DNA from: Hypanus sabinus
Lineage: Eukaryota
Direction of reading: 5' to 3'
Length of the DNA: 64,000 nt
NCBI RefSeq assembly: GCF_030144855.1
Contig: NC_082713.1
Span: forward strand, 142,476,001-142,540,000
Part shown: positions 1 through 12,285 of the stretch, in pieces
Layout of the letters: every line of letters starts with the position of its first letter
Position numbering within the stretch: the stretch's first letter is position 1
The notes under the pieces: model-generated
Seen by the model: the letters and a program-made list of their open reading frames with translations, nothing else
Told to the model about the DNA's origin: nothing
Databases searched by the model: none
Position numbers and translations under genes: made by a program

Positions 1-242
1 ATTACTCTGGAAATTTGAACAGGCATCTCTGGCAATATGGTCTCAGCATCAGAGCTATGTACATTGAATCATGTCAATCCTCATGCACTGCCACTTTAGA
101 GTACTTCTAGCAAAAATTAGATGACATTAGCCCAAAGCACAGTCTTAATCAAATTTTCTTAACGCTACTTGTCACCACAATAAAAGTTCAAATTTCCATC
201 ATCTACTACAGAACTGCTCAAACTAGACACTATTCAAATTGG

Positions 243-600
243 CACACACAAAATGCTGGAGGAGCTCAGCAGGCCAGGAAGTATTTATAGAAAAGAGTAA
301 ACAATTGACGTTTCGGGCTGAGACCCTTCATCAGGACTGGAAAGGAAGGGGAGAAGTCAGAATAAGAAGGTGATGGGGGGGGGGGGAGGAAGAAGTACGA
401 GGTGGTGGGAGATCCTGCTTTTTGTGGTGGATGGAGCGAAGATGCTCGACGAAGCAGCATCCCAATCCATGCTGGGTCCCACTGATATACAGGAGGCCAC
501 ACTGGGAGCAATTATATATAATAGTGACCCCAAAAGGCTCACAAGTGAGGTGTCACCTCACCTGGAAGGACTGTTTGGAGCCCTGAATGGTGGTGAGTGT
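243..600 (-). mobile_element. Penelope-like element (PLE) fragment: GIY-YIG endonuclease remnant plus terminal repeat
   Basis: Minus strand reads a degenerate IQGSKQSFQVR..TCE...CSQCGLLYI (GIY-YIG start). The terminus cacacaaaatgctggaggagctcagcaggccagg...gacgtttcgggctgagacccttcatcaggactg recurs across the window. Confidence 0.8.
302..339 (-). ncRNA. Minimal type-I hammerhead ribozyme motif (PLE terminus), core intact
   Basis: Minus strand: CAGTC CTGATGA AGGG-TCTCAG-CCC GAAA CG TC AATTG, i.e. CUGAUGA core, stem II, GAAA, palindromic ACGU stem III and a UC cleavage site. Confidence 0.7.
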
Positions 601-639
601 TCACAGAGCATGACCAACATTTCAGCATTTGAAAAATAA

Positions 640-2075
640 CCATATTGGGTATTTTAGAGAAAAAAAATGCTTCCTATGACTATGCTCTCAGAGTGGGAGT
701 TTCAGGGCTGACATTGCAGGCAAGTTCATGGATCTTAAGGGAGATATAATCTCATTTGAAGTCCCCATTGCCATAGTCTATAGGGACACCTACTCCTATC
801 TTGACATCTCTAAGGGGCAGTTATCATAGAGATTTGGGATCCTCTGCAGCCACATCCCAAGTTCCCATACTCATACCTAGACTGATATATCTTTACAGAT
901 TAACATCTTGCTTTCTTGCACCACATCATTCACATAGTCACATCTGATGCATGTCCTATCTCACAATTTGACAATCATTTCAATTCTGGAGAGGTCACTG
1001 ATGTTCCACTCTGCCAGAAAAAAAAAACCCACCACTTTTTCTTAAAGAAGATGAAACTGAACGAGTAAATAGATTTGCCAGCAATGCTGGCTAACCTGAA
1101 ACTCAGAATATGGACCACTAGACTGCCCTCATGGGGTATTTTATGCTCCCTTCAAAACATGGAGCTCCTCACAAATCTTGAAAGTTCAATTCACCATAGA
1201 TCATCAAAGTTATTTTCTCATGGTCACTGTTTAAGCATTCATGGGAAACTTCAACTTGCCAGATATCTTTTAGGATAGTGCTGCTCTGAGGTCTGAACCT
1301 TGGGACCTATCCAACCTTCTCACACCTGTCTCTGATCCATAAATTCTGGTTGTGCATCATTACAATAAAAGTTATGGATCCTATTGAGAAATGCCATTGA
1401 CTTACTCAGTCTGAGATGCCACCATCCACACCAGTCCAGGACACAGTTCAAACATCGCTTCTAACATTGCTTTTATCTATTGCATCCAACATAATTAGCA
1501 GGAAACCTCAGCATTGCCAGGGGGACTACACTACAAGGTGGATAAAGAAGAGGGCACTGCAAACATTGGTGCAAAAGGATTATATCATCCAGCATTGTGG
1601 GCACACCCTCTCTAGACATGAATGACTTAGTAGCCTGGAAAAACTTGAGCACTCCATTTTCACTCACCACACTATTGCATACACTTCAATGTGAAACTGA
1701 TTTGCTGCCCAGAACACTGGAGCAATTCATTCCCAATGAGCAGAGTACAAGGGCGAAGGATACAGTGCAATGGCCAATATTTACTTCTTTGAAATTGAAC
1801 CTTTCAAAGTGAGGGGAAATGAAATACTGCATTATTGCATCACCCAAGACTCCAGAAGGTTGGTGGGGAATGAGTAGCCTTGCAATTAGTATTCTCACAA
1901 TCTCAGACAAAGTTTCCAGTTGAAGTGACCAGATACATTTTACTGTCCAAAGAACGTGTCTGATGGTTCTTTTAAGAGAATTTTGACAAGACACGTCATC
2001 ATATTTGACTCTCAGCTTCTGTAATTATTCATACCTCTCATTAAGGAAGGAGCATTGTCATGTAGGAATAAATAG
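640..2075 (+). mobile_element. Highly decayed LTR-retrotransposon-like remnant (possible Gypsy 3' region)
   Basis: Purine tract ttaaggaaggagca followed by TGTCA at about 2056 resembles PPT plus LTR start. No intact domain is readable. Confidence 0.25.
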
Positions 2076-2714
2076 TAGTTATCATCGATTTCTTACCATT
2101 TAAATCCATATAATTCACGCCAATTGGCTTTGGAGGCAGCTTTACAAATAAATGTCTTATCTTGGAGCAAAAATCTATATTATGCTTTTTCTAATTAAGA
2201 TGGTTTGACAAGATTTCCTTAATGTAATTGTTAAGGGTTAATGCCAGTTATAAACAGTAAACAGCAATTGATCCAGTTAAATACCAAAAGAACAATTGTA
2301 CAGTGCACTAATTGTTTCAGTTCTCTGTGAACTAATTTCAAAGTTTAGTTTAAGTTAATTGCTAGTGAAACAATTCTGAATCTAAGTTACTTAACATCAA
2401 ATGATAATTAAAGAATGCATGTTATTTAATTATATACATTAATTTATCTTTCCCTCGTAAATATTTTCCATCTAGGTTTGGATAGTCCAGTGTAATGACA
2501 AAGTGCCCCCACTGAGCTGTAGCCAAGCTGTTGGAAGCTGCTCCCTTTCACTAGACGGGTAAGCAGATGTCAATGATAAGCCTGACATTGCACATCTGGG
2601 GCCAGAGCAGAGATAGAAATAGATGAAATGTATTTTACTAGTGCATATATTTTTCTAGTAATTGTTGGTTCATTGTTACCTGCACTCTGCAGGCCTATTA
2701 TTAAGCCTTGCCAA

Positions 2715-3320
2715 TTAAAGAAGGCAAGACAGCAGCTATATGTAATTAGAAGTTTGAGGAGATTTTGTTTGTCGACTAAAACACTTGAAAACTTCTACAA
2801 GAGTATAGTGGAGAGCATTATGACTGGCTGCATCACTGTCTGGTATGGTGGGGTGGCTACTGCACAAACTGTAAGTTGCAGAAAGTTACGGGAAGTTACA
2901 GACTAGTCAGCTCCAACGTGGGTACTAGCCTCTGTGGTATCCAAGACATTTTCAAGGAGCGGTGCCTGGGTGGTGGCAGTTATTCAGGACCCCCACCATT
3001 TTGGACATGCCCTCTTCTCATTGTTACCTTTGGGAAGGAGGTACTGAAGCCTGAAGTCACACACTCAGCAATTCAGGATCAGTTTCTTCCCCTCTGCCAT
3101 CTGATTTCTAAATGGACATTGAACCCATGAACTCTATCTCACTACTTCTTTTTGCACTATTTTAACAACTATTTAATAGACATTTACAGTATATACTTAC
3201 TGTAATTCAGTTTCTTTTTCTCTATATTTATCCATCATGTATTTCATTGTACTGCTGTCATAAAGTTAACAGATTTCATGACATATGCCAATGATAGTAA
3301 ATCTGATTCTGATTCTGCTG
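2715..3320 (+). mobile_element. Rex1/Babar-type LINE 3' fragment
   Basis: KKARQQLYVIRSLRRF...FYKSIVESIMTGCITVWYG is the post-RT domain of Rex1/Babar; tail is taaatctgattctgattctg. Confidence 0.85.
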
Positions 3321-4169
3321 CATCTGAGCAGCATTCAGAGGGTTAAAGGTATGTTGGTTCTCTTCCATTCTGATCACTAGAGGTGGATTAATGCTGCTTT
3401 AGCAGCTGATGCAGGCAGAGATAGTACACCCAGTGGGAGCAGAAACTGCCAACCTGAAGTGAAAAGTATTGTCAGAAATCAGTCACTAAGCTATATATTG
3501 CAAAAGCAGTCCCCATATTCTTTAAGACTGTTCTGTGGAGGTACCTGACCCAATAGTCAGCACCCTTACTCTCTGTGGCCATTTTGAAACAATTATTGAA
3601 CAGCAGGAGTTAATGGGCCTCAATGCCCTGTTGAAACTCAAGTCAGTACAAAAAGCCTCTGGTCAGGGCTTTCACATGATCAATATGGACATAGTTAACT
3701 TTTAGTATAGCACCTTTAGAATAAGTACTCTGTGGTGCACTTAAAGAACAGCAGCAACTCTGTAGATCTCTCAAGAAGGACTTGATCTTCTCATCTCCTG
3801 TTCACTCCAACCTGACAAGGTAATTTATGGTCTGTGACTATTCAAATGCATGCCAACCAGGAACTTACAGAATTAATATTTCAAAAATAGTTGCTGAATC
3901 TTCTTCCAAACATCCACAATTTTTTTTTCTTACTGAGATGAAGGTGTGAGGAAGGAGTAAAACTTAATAACCTCAGTCAGCTCTTTTGCATCCAACAACG
4001 CCATCTCTAGCTCCCAGACTATACCCACTCTTATAAATCCTGAACATCAGGTAGACTTCTTCAGACCTCATGACTGCACTCTTGATCTATTTTAGCTGGA
4101 CTTTGTGCTCTGTAACCTGCTAAGTACCTATCCCAATACCTTTAATTCCTCTTCAGTGATATTAATAGA

Positions 4170-4758
4170 TTGAGGTGTACAAGCTCCTTGCCCCCGTTCT
4201 AAAGGCTGTATAGCTCTCTACAGGAGCACTATCGAGAGTGTCCTCTTCAGCTGCATCATTATGTGGTACGGAAGCTGTAAAGCATTGGACCGTAAGACCC
4301 TACAGAAGACAGTAAGAACTGCTGAGGAGATCATCGGGATTTTTATCCTCTCTATTTGTGACATTTAGCAGAAGCATTTGCAGATGAAAGGCCCAAATCA
4401 TTGTTGAATCCCACAATCTCTTTGACCCACTACCATTAGGAAGGAGGTTCAGGAGCATCAGGACTAGGAGTGCCAGACTGGATAACAGTTTCTTCCCTCA
4501 GTCTGTGAGACTAATGAATACCCTGTCACCACTGAGGTCTCGTCACTAGAACAGTGAGCTGTTTACTGTTTATCTGTGCTGTGCTTTACTACATGCATTT
4601 TGAATTATATTTTATTAACCCGTTTGTGGTATAATATTTTGGTTTATGTGCTGTTTGTGATATATGTTTTGTGGACGCACTATGGTCTGGGGGAATGTTA
4701 TTTGGTTGTATCTACTGTATGTGCATTCAGTTGACAATAAATTTGAACTTGAGCTTGA
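4170..4758 (+). mobile_element. Rex1/Babar-type LINE 3' fragment
   Basis: Degenerate YRSTIESVL..CIIMWYG coding remnant; tail is aataaatttgaacttgagcttga. Confidence 0.75.
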
Positions 4759-5366
4759 TCATTTTGATTACATGAACAACTCGATGATATCTTGCAGCAT
4801 TTTGTTTAGTATTAACTTAAATTGTTTTGGTTTGATTGGTAATTTGGTGTAGGCATACAAACATTGTCAAGTAGTTTTGATCCCTGGGTCCAAGTTCAAA
4901 GGTGTTCAAACGTGAGGAAACTTGCCAAAGTATCAAGTCCCTGATACTTTAGTCAAAATTACAACTGTAGTCAAACACGGAGCTTTCAATCATGCTGAAG
5001 ATAGATGCCTGTGCTTCTAACTGCCCACGCCATCAAAGGAGTCACCATTTAACTCCATAATAGTGAGGAGAATTTGAGTAAATATGATCGTGCTGGGGAA
5101 AAGGAGTGAAAGGCATTGGAGTCAGGGGAGCGATGTAATGAAAAAAGCAGATGCATATTTATTAATAAAATTAATGCATTTCATTGCTAAAAGTAAATCA
5201 GATCCCATTTCAGCACAATCTTTCACATTTGAAAGTCTTGATCTGATCAAGCTTTCAATCTCCTCACCCTTGACAAATTGAGGCTGTTTCCCCCCCCCCA
5301 CTATTTTGTAGCAGCTATCTTGCAAATCTCCATTCTGATTATGCAAGAAATGACTGTCATCTCTTA

Positions 5367-7795
5367 ACCAGAGAACATTACAGCACAGAAACAGGCCTTT
5401 TGGCCCTTCTTGGCAGTGCCAAACCATTTTTCTGCCTAGTCCCACTGACCTGCACCTGGGCCATATCCCTCCATACACCTTTCATCCATATACCTGTCCA
5501 AGTTTTTCTTAAATGTTAAAAGTGAGCCCACATTCACCATTTCATCTGGCAGCTCATTCCACACTCCCACCACTCTCTGTATGAAGGAGCCCCCCCCAAT
5601 GTTCCCTTTAAACTTTTCCTCCTTCATCCTTAACCCATGACCTCTGGTTTTTTTCTCCCCTGATCTCAGTGGAAAAAGCCTGCTTGCATTCACTCTATCT
5701 ATACCCATCATAATTTTATACACCTCTATCAAACCACCCCTCATTCTCCTATATGCCAGGGAATAAAGTCCTAACCTATTCAACCTTCCTCTGTAACTCA
5801 GTTTCTCAAGTCCTGGCAACATCCTTGTAAACTTTCTCTGCACTCTTTCAACCTTATTAATATCCTTCCTGTAATTCGGTGACCAAAACTGCACACAATA
5901 CTCCAAATTCGGCCTCACCAATGTCTTATACAACCTCACTATTACATTCCAACTCCTATACTCAATACTTTGATTTATAAAGGCCAATGTACCAACAGCT
6001 CTCTTTATGACCCTATCTACCTGTGACGCCACTTTTAGGGAATTATGTATCTGTACTCCCAAATCCCTCTGTTCTACTGCACTCCTCAGTGTCCTACCAT
6101 TTACCTTGTATGTTCTACCTTGGTTTTCCCTTCTAAAGTGCAATACCTCACACTTGTCTGTATTCAACTCCAACTGCCATTTTTCTGCCCATTCCTCCAA
6201 CTGATCCAAATCCCTCTGCAAGCTTTGAAAACCTTCCTCTCTGTCCACTACACCTCCAATCTTTGTATCATCAGCAAATTTGCTGATCCAATTTGCCACA
6301 TTATCATCCAGATCATTGATATAGATGACAAATAACAATGGACCCAGCACTGATCCCTGTGGCACACCACTAGTCACAGGCCTCCACTACCACTCTCTGA
6401 CTTCTTCCATTGAGCCAATGTTTAATCCAATTTACTACCTCTCCATGTATACCTAGCGACTGAATCTTCCTAACTAACCTCCCATGCGGGACCTTGTCAA
6501 AGGCCTTTCTGAAGTCCATGTATACAACATTCACTGCCTTCCCTTCATCCACTTTCCTGGTAACTTCCTCAAAAAACTCTAATAGATTGGTCAAACATGA
6601 CCTACCATGCACAAAGCCATGCTGACTGTTTCTAATAAGTCCCTGTCTATCCAAATACTTGTAGATCTTATCTCTTAGTATTCCTTCCAATAACTTACCT
6701 ACTACCGATGTCAAACTTACCAGCCTATAATTTCCCGGCTTACTTTTTGAGCCTTTTTTAAATAACGGAACTACATGAGCTATCCTCCAATCATCCGGCA
6801 CCTGACCCATGGATATTGACATTTTAAATATTTCTGCCAGGGCCCCTGCAATTTCAACACTAGTCTCCCTCAAAGTCCGAGGGAATACCCTGTCAGGTCC
6901 TGGGGACTTATCTACTCTGATTTGCCTCAAGACAGCAATCACCTCTTCCTCTTCAATCTGTATAAGTTCCATGACCTCCCTACTTGTTTGCCTTGTTTCC
7001 ATAGACTCCATTCCAGTTTCCTTAGTAAATACAGATGCAAAAAACCCATTTAATATCTCTCCCATTTCTTTTGGTTCCATACATAGCTGACCACTCTGAC
7101 CTTCAAGAGGACCAATTTTATCCCTTACTATCCTTTTGCTCTTAACATACCTGTAGAAGCTCTTAGGATTATCCTTCACCTTGACTGCCAAAGCAACCTC
7201 ATGTCTTCTTTTAGCCCTCCTGATTTCTTTCTTAAGTATTTTCTTACTCTTTTTATACTCCTCAAGCATCTTATTTCCTCCTTGTTGCCTATACATGTTA
7301 TACATCTCTTTCTTCTTCTTTATCAGAGTTCCAATATCCCTCAAGAACCAAGGTTCCTAATTCTTATTCGTTTTGTCTTTAACCCTCACAGGAACATACG
7401 AACTCTGCACTCTCAAAATTTCTCCTTTGAAGGCCTCCCACTTACCAATCACATCCTTGCCAGAGAACAACCTGTCCCAATCTACGCTTTTTCGATCCTT
7501 TCTCATTCCTTCAAATTTGGCCTTTTTCCAGTTTAGAACTTCAACCCAAGGACAAGATCTATCTTTATCCATGACCAAGTTGAAACTAATGACGTTATGA
7601 TCACTGGAACCAAAGTGTTCCCCTACACACACTTCCGTCACATGCCCTAACTCATTTCCTAATAGGAGATCTAATATTGCATCCTCCCTAGTTGGAACAA
7701 CTATATATTGATTTAGAAAACTTTCCTGAATACACTTCACAAACTCTAACCAATCTAGACCCTTAACAGTATGGGAGTCCCAATCAATTTCCAAT
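5367..7795 (-). mobile_element. Relatively young, 5'-truncated CR1 LINE (end of endonuclease, RT, 3' UTR), split by frameshifts
   Basis: ORFs 7357-7812, 6370-7344 and 5436-6377 contain PTREDAILDLLL, GSSDHN, KSPGPD, QHGF, VYMDFRKAFDKVPH, GVPQGSVLGP, KFADDTK; typical CR1 3' end near 5370. Confidence 0.95.
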
Positions 7796-9101
7796 TTGGT
7801 TAAAATACTCAATTATGTTGCAGTCCACACTAAAACACATCTAGAAATGTTCTTTGGTGAGATATTTTTCACATTTCATCATTAACCATTCTTAAAAATA
7901 AATACAATTTGTAAATTCAAAACATTGCTGAATTTTGTATGACTCAATTTTTTGAGCAACTGGCACTATAAATTGTAAAGCAGTTGGATATACAAAATAA
8001 AGTGTAGGCAGCAAAGAGATTGGTCTTATAAGTAATGTTATTCATATAATCTCTGTTCTATAGCATTTCTTATGGTCCCATTCAAAATTCTTGAGTGGAG
8101 AAGTGTTATGTAATGGTCTCTGGACCAGTTTTAAGGCAGTAATTAGTACATTTAAGAAAATATGTTCACCAATATATAACAAAGATAACTTGTTTCAAGT
8201 TTTACCAATTTCAGTGATTAAATGGTATGAATAGTAAAATTATAAAACTAGATTTAACAGTACTCATGGAAAAGTCATTGCTGAAGGATGAACTTGCTTA
8301 ATGCAAAAATCAGGAACCTGCAGAAAATTCAAAATAATTAAGCCTGTTAGTTATTCCTCTGGTAATAGGAATGCCATATTGCAACCAATTTGTATGAATG
8401 CATGAACACAAGAAAATAAAATGGGGTAACACTTTAATCTGTGAAATTTGGATCAAGTTCAATAACCTGAAACTGCAAATATAATTGAAGATGCTGTGGC
8501 TGTTGAGCTGATTGAAGGGTTTGTGATAATAGGTGAGGGAGAGGAAAGTAATTGGGTTTATGAACTCTTCCTTGACCAGGTTAATTACATAGATTCAAGT
8601 TTCAAAGTCATTTTTTAAATATAGTTTGAGCTTCTATAATCCAGCACCATTGGGACCTGAGGAGTGCCGGATTAGTGAAAATGCCGAATTACAGAAGGAT
8701 CACATTAAACAATAGCTAACCGCCTCAAATATAATTTTAAATACCTTTAAAATATCATGTAAATCAATACAAGTTAGATAATAATGAAAGAGAAATATTA
8801 AATGAGTAGCAAGTGAAATTTTAATAAAGTAATATACTGTACAAGCACAGATAAAATAAAGGGTACAGGTAAATGTACAGGAATTATACAGAACAGTTGA
8901 GCACTTCCACTTCTTAAGTGAGATGTTTAATATACCTTCAGGCAAAGTTACTTGTCTGCACATGTGGGGTTGTCAGGATCATCAACATCTTCGTCTTGAA
9001 GAATGAGTGAAGCATCAGGAACTGGAGCTGAAACTGGCACAACATTTTCTTCAAAAACTGTTGATGTTGGTGGCAGCACATCTGGGTGAGCAGAAGCAGA
9101 A

Positions 9102-9280
9102 GTCGGAGAAAGGAGGTCTTCTATACGCCACATTGCATGCGACTGCCAGGCCACCAGTGATTCAGCGCTGGGCTCTTCCCTCTTCACCCGCAGTTACTGA
9201 GTGAATCCTCGTTAGTTTCTTTTCCTCTGCTTAGTAACATGCTTAAATTCAGCAGGTTGCCACATCTGATCTGAGGTCGT
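9102..9280 (-). rRNA. 28S rRNA 5'-end fragment (non-functional, CpG-decayed copy)
   Basis: Minus strand: CGACCTCAGATCAGATGTGGCAACCTGCTGAATTTAAGCATGTTACTAAGCAGAGGAAAAGAAACTAACGAGGATTCACTCAGTAACTGCGGGTGAAGAGGGAAGAGCCCAGCGCTGAATC, matching the conserved 5' end of vertebrate 28S. Confidence 0.93.
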
Positions 9281-9425
9281 AGGCAGAAGAGAATGAAATG
9301 CCGGCCAAGTGATGCCGGAGGGCAGTGCGTGACTGCTGGCAGGTAGGCGAGAAGGCAGACTGGTCCAACATGTGCCAGCTCCCCTGCCGCTGGCGGGCGA
9401 GATGGGCAGGTGCTGGGTGCCCTTG
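9281..9425 (-). other. Putative ITS2 3' segment contiguous with the 28S fragment
   Basis: GC-rich block immediately 5' of the 28S start on the minus strand, sharply different from the AT-rich flanks. Confidence 0.65.
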
Positions 9426-10129
9426 CCTCACACAATGATATTAATAAATGCAGGAAAACAAGCAGGAATCACCTGTCTGTGCTTACAAGAGCACACCAAC
9501 ATGTGAACAGATCTAGTGCAACCAAAATAACGTACAGCAGATTGGTAAGGTGGGCTGGAAAATTTGAAATTACAGTTGCACGGAAAATTTGAAATCAGTG
9601 CCAGATTATTGAAGGAACCAGTTTACAGGTAGTCAGATTAGTGAAGGTAGACGTGTATATAAATTCCAGGGCTGCTTTGAAAGGAATTATAGTATGACCA
9701 TTCATTGCTATTTGCTGGTAAGATATTCTATTCAGGAAGTGAAGTAATTCCAGATCAACTCAATATAGACACTCTGGCACCAAAATATTTTTCTTGACAC
9801 TCAAAATGGGAGTCACAGATTCAAGTGTATATGAGAAAAGCAGTAATTCCTTCACTCGATGTGCAGGAACTATGCAGAAAAGCTTCAATCTCACCATTTG
9901 ATTTTATCATGTTCACAGTGAATAACTATGTTATAAATGTAAGCAAGATTCCAAATTCAGCCTCCAAATTGTGTGAAATATGCTGGAGTCCATTAGGTCA
10001 GTAATAGGGTTTACGTAGTCTCTGTTGCCAGTGGCCATCAGTAAAGAAACAGTATGAGTGTGAAATACAAACATGAGAAAATCTGTAGATGTTGGAACAC
10101 ACAGAAAATGTAATGTAAAAGGCAAACAA

Positions 10130-11100
10130 AATTGAAAAGAGTGATATGAATAAGGGCTGAAGGTGTTATATTTGAATGCACAGTATATGGAATAAGATAG
10201 ATGAACTTGTAACACAGTTGCAGATCGGCAGGTATGATGTTGTCGGCATCACTGAATCATGGCTGAAAGAAGTTTATACCTAGGATCTTAATGTCCAAGG
10301 ATACACATTGTATCTAAAGGACAGGCAGGAAGGCAGAGGGAACAGTGTTCTGTTGGCAAAAAAATGAAATCAAATCATTAGAAAGAAGTGACATAGGCTT
10401 GGAAGCTGTAGAATCATTATGTAACTGCAAGAGTAAACAGACTCTGGTGGGAGTTGTATACAGCTACCCCCACCCCCTCAAAAAACAGAAGTAAGGAAGT
10501 ATTCCACAATTTACAACGGGAGAAAGAAAATGCATGCCAAAAGGGAAAGGTTACACTAGTCATGGGGGATCTCAATATGCAGGTAGATTGGGAAAACCAG
10601 TTTGGTGCTGGATTCCAAGAGGGGGAATTTCTAGAATGTCCACAAGATGTCTTTTTAGAGCAGTTCACTAGGGGATAAGCTATTCTGGGTTGGGAGTTGT
10701 GCAATGAACCAGAATTGATTAGAGAGCTGAAGGTAAAAGAACCCTGAGGGGAAAGTAATCATAATATAATTAAATTCACCCTGAAATTTGAGGAAAAGTC
10801 TATCAGTTGGCCAGAATTGATTGGAAAAGAACACTGGCAGGTATGACGGCAGAGCAACAATGGCTGGAATTTCTGGAAGCAATTCAGAAGGCACAGGATA
10901 TATACACCTGAAAGAGGAACAAGTATTCTGCAGGCAAGATGACACAAACACGGCTAACAAGAGAAGTCAAAGCCAACATAAAAGCCAAAGAGAGGGCATA
11001 CAATACAGCAAAAATCAGTGGGAAGTTAGGGGATCGGGAGCCTTTAAAAACCAACAGAAGGCAACTAAAAAGCCATAAAAAGGTAAAGATGGAATTCAAA
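10130..11100 (+). mobile_element. Decayed CR1 LINE, endonuclease region
   Basis: Remnant motifs KVLYLNA, GITESWL, VMGDLNMQVDW. Confidence 0.8.
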
Positions 11101-11103
11101 AGT

Positions 11104-11243
11104 AGAACATAGAAAACCTACAACACAATACAGGCCCTTTGGCCCACAATGCTGTGCCAAACATGTACTTACTTTAGAAATTACCTCGTGTTACCCATAG
11201 CCTCTATTTTTCTAAGCTCCATGTACCTATCCAGGAGCCTCTT
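11104..11243 (-). mobile_element. CR1 3'-end fragment
   Basis: agaacatagaaaacctacaacacaatacaggccctttggccc is the reverse complement of the CR1 tail, also seen at about 23865 and 28620. Confidence 0.75.
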
Positions 11244-11249
11244 TTTGGT

Positions 11250-11512
11250 TATTTAGAGATACAGCATGGAACAGGCCCTTCTGGCCCAATGAGTTATGCC
11301 ACCCAACTACCCACCCATTTAACACTAGCCTAATCACAAGGACAATCTACAGTGACCAATTAACCTACTAACTGGTATATCTTTGGACTGTGGGAGAAAT
11401 CTGGAGCACCCTGAGGAAACCCACGTGGTCATGGGGAGAAGATACAAACTCATTACAGACAACACTGGAAATGAACACCAACCTGCAATAGCATCGCACT
11501 ATTTAGCTGTGG
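11250..11512 (-). mobile_element. HE1-like V-SINE (tRNA head, V domain, CR1-like tail)
   Basis: Reverse complement contains gagtttgtatcttctccccatgaccacgtgggtttcctcagggtgctccagatttctcccacagtccaaag (V-domain core). Confidence 0.75.
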
Positions 11513-12285
11513 GCTAAATCTGATTAAAAGATGCATTACAAAGACTATCCTCACGGCAGGACGTGTATGAATGCAATGAACAATGGAATGTGTGGTACTG
11601 TTTCTATAGCTGTCTAAGCTTTTCCTACTGGTTTCATTCCCTTGAACTGACTCACGGCTACTCACAATGGCGGGTATTGATACTGTTAATCAGAAAGGTT
11701 GGTTTCTATTTTGAAGCTATCTGCCCCCTTCATTTTCCTTTCTCCATCCAAAATATCAGACATTTGTTTAGCATCCAAAGTTCTCTCTGAATGAACATAT
11801 CCCGCTTCCTTCAATTCATAGGTTGGGTCTGAACACAAACACCATTCTAAAGCTGTACATTGCTTCCAAATAACCCAACAGTATTTTCAATGGATCACTC
11901 TGTATTCCATATACTTTGCTTCCTGATTAAATAATGCCCTGATACCTCCAGCATGTTACAAAAGAAGATTGATCCATGGCCATGAAAAAAAAATCAGATT
12001 CTAACAGTAACACCACTAAGGTTAAAAGACAGAAGTTAACCTGACTGTAAAGAAACACTAGCCATCCAACCTGAACACCCATCATCTTGATAATAATAAC
12101 ACAGACGAAATACAGGAACAGGTCAGAATTTCTCCACTATTCCTGATCCACCCACCTCTGTTAAATTTGAATCAGGAAGAAAGATTTTAGATCCTTGTTA
12201 CGTCTAGAGAACCAGGACAGGCAACCATGACATCAGTGGTTGACGACAAGTGTACTGGAAAAATCAGCACCCTATTGTATCCCCT

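Larger units (their letters stand above)
8622..9655 (-). mobile_element. Non-autonomous Tigger/pogo-like TIR DNA transposon carrying an rDNA fragment
   Basis: TA at both flanks (8620-21, 9656-57). Left cttctataatccagcac is near-complementary to right gtgccagattattgaag. Subterminal GCCGGATTAGTGAA-like repeats occur at both ends. The minus strand ends in an acidic tail ...LQDEDVDDPDNPTCADK* resembling a pogo transposase C-terminus. Confidence 0.65.

Noticed and set aside
2476-2558. Plus-strand exon-like segment (AG...GTAAGC)
   Set aside because: No ORF or homology; splice-like motifs occur frequently by chance.
5436-7812. Active CR1 or host reverse-transcriptase gene
   Set aside because: 5'-truncated and split into three ORFs by frameshifts.
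9102-9280. Functional rRNA locus
   Set aside because: Only about 180 nt of 28S, CpG-decayed, with no 18S/5.8S, and embedded in a TA-flanked element.
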